Positions 59,438-64,000 of a DNA stretch of 64,000 nt are shown in pieces. The stretch lies in contig OZ251228.1 in the NCBI GenBank assembly GCA_965240325.2, forward strand, positions 1,550,001-1,614,000, written 5' to 3'. The DNA is from Rebecca billardiae RCC1528 (Eukaryota; Protista; Haptophyta). The notes below the pieces were generated by a model. That model was given only the letters and a program-made list of their open reading frames with translations, had not been told where the DNA came from and did no database searches. Numbering within the stretch: the first letter of the stretch is position 1; each line of letters starts with the position of its first letter. Made by a program: the position numbers and the translations under genes.

Positions 59438-60446
59438 TCAAACATGATGCTCCGACGCGGTGACGCCTGCGGCTGCAGACTCTGAAGCCCCGGGCTCGCT
59501 GACACGGGGCATGGTCTGTGCAGGCTGCCCAGCAGGGGCCATTGTCGTCGATGCTTCCGCAGGGCGGGCAGGCTCCTGCGACCCTGCACCAGTGGACCGC
59601 GGTGGGGCACGCTCTTGGTCCCCTGCCGCATCGCCACGCGCCGCTGCCGCGGGCGACGTGCCCGCCGCGCTTTGGCTTGACTGCCGCTTGACGACCTTCT
59701 CAGTCGCCCAGGAGTTGACCATGTCGTTGACGCAGAAGCACACGGACAGGACGGTGAAGACCATAGTGATGGCGGTGAAGATCACCGATGAGCCGGAGCG
59801 CGACAGGTAGATGCCCTGTAGCACGAGCTGGGGGATATCTTCCATGAGCCGCGCGGCGAAGAAGAGGAGCATGCTCCTCTCCGACGGCATGCCTTGCCTG
59901 TGCTTCGGGTCTGTGAGCCCTTCCGGCCACGGCAGCGTGCCGAGGGCGATCGGCACAAAATATGCGCACAATTCCATCATCCGCATCACCCCGAGGATCA
60001 TGCCGCGCTGCTCGTCGCGAACCATGCGCATCTCGTCACCCTGTGGCGCGCGGTGGGGGGCGTGCGGGCGGGCGGCGCGTCGGTGCTGAGCCGCGCACGC
60101 TTGCGTCGCGGCACATGCCGCCGCGTGGTCGCACCATGTCACTCAGAATGGACGCCGTGAGCCAGTTGGCAAAGTTGATGATCGTGGTTGCGACCAGGGT
60201 GAGGATGGATGCGATCATCATGCCCTTGAACCCCTCAAGGCTCAGGATGATCGTGAATATGATGTCCGAGGCAACATCCACGCCCTCGAGTACGAGCTGG
60301 AAGAAGGCGCGCCGCAGCTTCGACGCGAATCGCTTCGACACGTCATTGACGGCATGACAGCCGACGACGAAATTCAAGGCGAGCAGCAAGATCGAGAAGA
60401 GGATGGCGCAGAGAAGGAGCAGGAGGATCTCCGTCCGATCGTCCAT
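59438..60446 (-). CDS. Multi-TM membrane protein with XK-related-like motifs (intron 60041-60134)
   Basis: TM helices with DVASD and EDIPQLVLQ; the GT-AG intron keeps the frame. Confidence 0.7.
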
Positions 60447-60851
60447 GGCTACGCTCCCACGCCCACGGGGGAGGAAGGGGGCACACGTCCGGTGCCCTGG
60501 CCGTCAACCCGCGCCCGAGCTGGGTAACGCGGTTGCATTTGCTAGTGAATTGCTGGTATTCGAGCTCGAAATTGATGGGGCGAACCGGCAATAATGACCG
60601 ATGGATTGACGAGCACGATCACGAGACACGATGGCGGCGCACCAGATCCATCCGCGCATTCGATCCGATGACGGCTGGCTGCGCCTGAGCCACCCGTCCC
60701 AGCTCCAGTACATCAAGTTCCGCGTGGGGCCGCTCGGCCCAGCCGCTCGGCCCAGCCCGTGGGCCGCGTGGTGCCATCGCCGCATCGGTCCCGGCGCGGA
60801 CGCCGCGCCTTGACTTAGTCGGCCCAGTCTCAGACAGGGGCTGTTGACATT

Positions 60852-62373
60852 ATGGCGGGCCGTAGGTCCGCCCCTTGTAGTGCCCGGGAAAAGGATAAGA
60901 AAAAGAAAAGGAAAAAAGAAAATCGCCTCGCAAAGAAAAGAAAATCGCCTCGCTCACTGCCGGGTCGCTTCGCTCACTACCGGGCGCCCTCGCAGCTCCC
61001 ACTGGGGACGCTCGGCCGAAAGAGAGTCCTGGATGGCGCGGAGCGCGTGGGCCGCGCGCGCCGAATCCAACGCCGGAGCGGACATCGTGAGAAGACTCCC
61101 GAGGGGGGTTTTCGCCCGATTCGCGATTGCTGCCCTCGTCGTCTCGCGTGCAGGTCGAACGGGGGCTAAATCGACGCGTTTGGAGCGGTACGCTCGGCGC
61201 GTCGACACGATCGTGCGACCTGGGGCGATCCTCGCCTGACGTGCACGTCGAAAGCTCGCACCGGCCATAGCATCAAGCGCTGCGCACGATGGCCGCCTCG
61301 CTCGATTCACCGTCGCGCGTCGGGCTCGGTGCGGAACGGCCCTCATCACGAGGCGTCTCGCGGGCGGGAAGCGCCATCGCACGCGACGCAAGATTTGGCG
61401 CGGCCTTCTGAACACCATAACCGGAATCCACACACCGGACTGTCGCGTGCCCCGGTCCAGTGGTCAGCAAGGTCGGGCGCATGCAAATCCGTTTGCTACG
61501 ATCGGTGGTGTTCCAGCGCGGGCGATCATGTTTCGCGCTCGCGAGCTCGCGGCCAAAGATCGCTCGGCGCTCGAGGGCCCACGTCCGGCCTGCATGGCGC
61601 CGACGGTGACCAATGCGACGGAGGGGCAGCGCAAAGCGGCGTACGACGCGCACCGCACGCACCTCCCGGGTTTGCAGCCGTGGAAGGTGACCGCGTCTTG
61701 GCGAGTCGGCGGCCCTCGTCGCACAGCGCTATGACCGATTGACCGATCCCAGAGGCGCATCCGCGACGAGCTGAAACGCCGAGCGTGCAACATTGTCGCC
61801 CCATCCTCCACCATGTCACGAGCGCTGCGGGACGAGGCCGACGTCGTGAAGCCAGTGGCACATGCGCTGCGCTTCCTGTGCCTGCTCGAGCAGCGCGTGC
61901 CGGCACCCTCGATCGCGAGTGGCACACGCTCTCGCACTGCGCGCGCGCGCACCGCACTTCCAGACGACCTAAACAAATGAAACATGACATCACACTCCGC
62001 CACCACTGTTTAGCTCCGAGGACATTGAACCGTCACCGTCAGGCGTCACAAGCAAGCCGCCGTCGCACGCCAATCAGTTATTGGCCAGTGCGTGCGCACA
62101 GTCGACGGCTCGGCTGTCGGCACCCGGGATGACGAGTAGCGCCGAGTGGGTGCACGAATACACGCGCAATCACACTGTCGGTGAGATCACCAGAGTCATC
62201 TGTCGCGTTATTATTCGTCAGTGAGTCAGGTAGCTCACCATCATCTGTGTGTCGATTGTAGTATTCGTCATCCTGCCCGTCAAACCGCTAAATAAAAGCA
62301 GCGCGAACCCGCTGGGGAAATATTGCGACAGCACTGGCACGGCCCGCCGACCCCCCCGCCCGCCAGGGCAGAG
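60852..62373 (+). mobile_element. Helentron-like non-autonomous element, unit 1
   Basis: TT|ATGGCGGGCCGT-AGGTCCGCC 5' subTIR plus IR; 3' subTIR ACGGCCCGCC (62339-62348); hairpin gccc-gcca-gggc; then a T run. Confidence 0.65.
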
Positions 62374-62377
62374 TTTT

Positions 62378-63909
62378 ATGGCGGGCCGTAGGTCCGCCCC
62401 TTGTAGTGCCCGGGAAAAAGATAAGAAAAAGAAAAGGAAAAAAGAAAATCGCCTCGCAAAGAAAAGAAAATCGCCTCGCTCACTGCCGGGTCGCTTCGCT
62501 CACTACCGGGCGCCCTCGCAGCTCCCACTGGGGACGCTCGGCCGAAAGAGAGTCCTGGATGGCGCGGAGCGCATGGGCCGCGCGCGCCGAATCCAACGCC
62601 GGCGTGGATATCGCGCGGAGACTCCCGAGGGGGGTTTTCGCCCGATTCGCGATTGCTGCCCTCGTCGTCTCGCGTGCAGGTCAAACGGGGGCCAAAGTCG
62701 ACGCGTTTGGAGGTACGCTCGGCGCGTCGACACGATCGTGCGACCTGGGGCAGTCCTCGCCCGACTTGCACGTCGAACGCTCGCACGGGCCATTGTATCA
62801 AGCGCTGCGCACGACAACCGCCTCGCACGATCCACCGCCGCGCGTCGGGCTCGGTGCGGAAAGGCCCTCATCACGAGGTGTCTCGCGGGCGGGAAGCGCC
62901 ATCGCACGCGACGCAAGATTTGGCGCGGCCTTCTGAACTCGATCGCCGGAATCCGCGCACCGGACTCAGTCGTCGCTCGCGGTCCCTCAGCCGAAGCCCA
63001 CGTCCGGCCTGCATGGCGTCGACGGTGACCAATGCGACGGAAGCGCAGCGCCAACGGCGTACGACGCGCAGCGGACGCACCTCCGGGGTCTGTCGCCGTG
63101 ACAGCAACCGCGTCTTCGCGAGTTGGCGACCCTCGCCGCAGCGCGACACAGACAAGCCCGTGATGCCATCCGCAGAGAGATGAATCGTTGAGCATGCAAC
63201 ATCGCCGCGCCATCCTCGTCCATGGCGCAGGCGCTGCGGGACGAGGCGGACGTCGTCACGCCGGTGACGGATGCGCTGCGATTCGTGTGCCTGCGTGAGC
63301 AGCTCGTGCCCAATCTCGATCGCGAGTGGCACACGCTGTCGCTGTGCGCGCGCGCGCGCACAACCAACAGCTCCTCGTGCCGCCAAACACGCGGGCGCCA
63401 GACCTGTCGAAAAGGCGAAGAGCGACGACCGCGTGAACGTCAACGCGCTCGTGCTCAGCGTGGCGGCCGTGTACGACGTCAACGCGACCTGCGCCGAGCC
63501 CATCATGCCCGGAGCGGACATCGGCAAGCATCCTCGCAACGACCGCTCTCGGCTGGCGGCAGGAGGACATGCACACGATCTACTCTGGCGGCTTCGTCGG
63601 CGGCGAGGCGCTCGATTACGCCATCGCGGTCGAGATGCGGCACATACAGCGCGTACCCGCGCTCGCGCGGAGCAACGGGCTACCCGCCCCGCCCCGCGTG
63701 CTGCACATTCCCTCGTGGGTGCGGGCCTTGCTGATGCGCACAGACGTGTGCGTCACGTCGGGCCGGAGAACTTCAGGTGTCACTGGTCCTCGGACTGTCC
63801 GTCGCCCACGGCCACGAGCGAATGTGGAAAGACGCGAACCCGCAGTAGAGAGGAAACATTGCGACAGCACTGGCACGGCCCGCCGACCCCCCCGCCCGCC
63901 AGGGCACAG
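62378..63909 (+). mobile_element. Helentron-like non-autonomous element, unit 2 (head-to-tail with unit 1)
   Basis: Same ends (3' subTIR 63875-63884); the body is homologous to unit 1 but diverged, and contains frameshifted coding remnants. Confidence 0.65.
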
Positions 63910-64000
63910 TTTAATAAAGGCCAGTCGGGCCACTGCGGACCCGAGCGGCAGCGGCGCGGACTGATCTAAGTAACTTTCTTACAGAGTTACATGAGACTGC

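Overview
A very GC-rich, intron-containing eukaryotic genomic window. The short GT-AG introns are rich in (GC)n, and the IF-2 has a signal-peptide-like leader, which suggests an alga with a complex plastid, probably a haptophyte (inference). From 1 to 46 kb there are about 20 host genes: PfpI/DJ-1, a multi-TM TIR-like/C-type-lectin protein, PRIM2, PEX14, an RluA-type pseudouridine synthase, PET117, an OTU protease, a TLC protein, a sulfotransferase, NBS1, SPPL2, UBXN7-like, IF-2, TPR-CHAT, a Y-family polymerase, GRASP and several orphans. They are arranged almost entirely as head-to-head pairs, mostly with 125-300 bp gaps. AT-rich or microsatellite islands at the convergent 3' ends hold most of the mobile DNA. 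From 46 to 64 kb the window is accessory. It contains a tandem ~3.8 kb duplication (EsV-1-7 repeat gene plus an XK-like membrane gene) whose first copy carries two TIR insertions absent from the second, followed by two tandem Helentron-like elements. Best leads: (1) a single ORF joining a TIR-like domain that retains the catalytic-type Glu to an extracellular C-type lectin, a candidate glycan-sensing immune receptor; (2) Helentron-like (rolling-circle-type) elements carrying remnants of ubiquitin/SUMO-protease-like cargo; (3) a pseudouridine synthase with a sigma70 region-4-like HTH, starting 5 bp after the PET117 stop. All calls come from motifs read by eye; no database searches were run.
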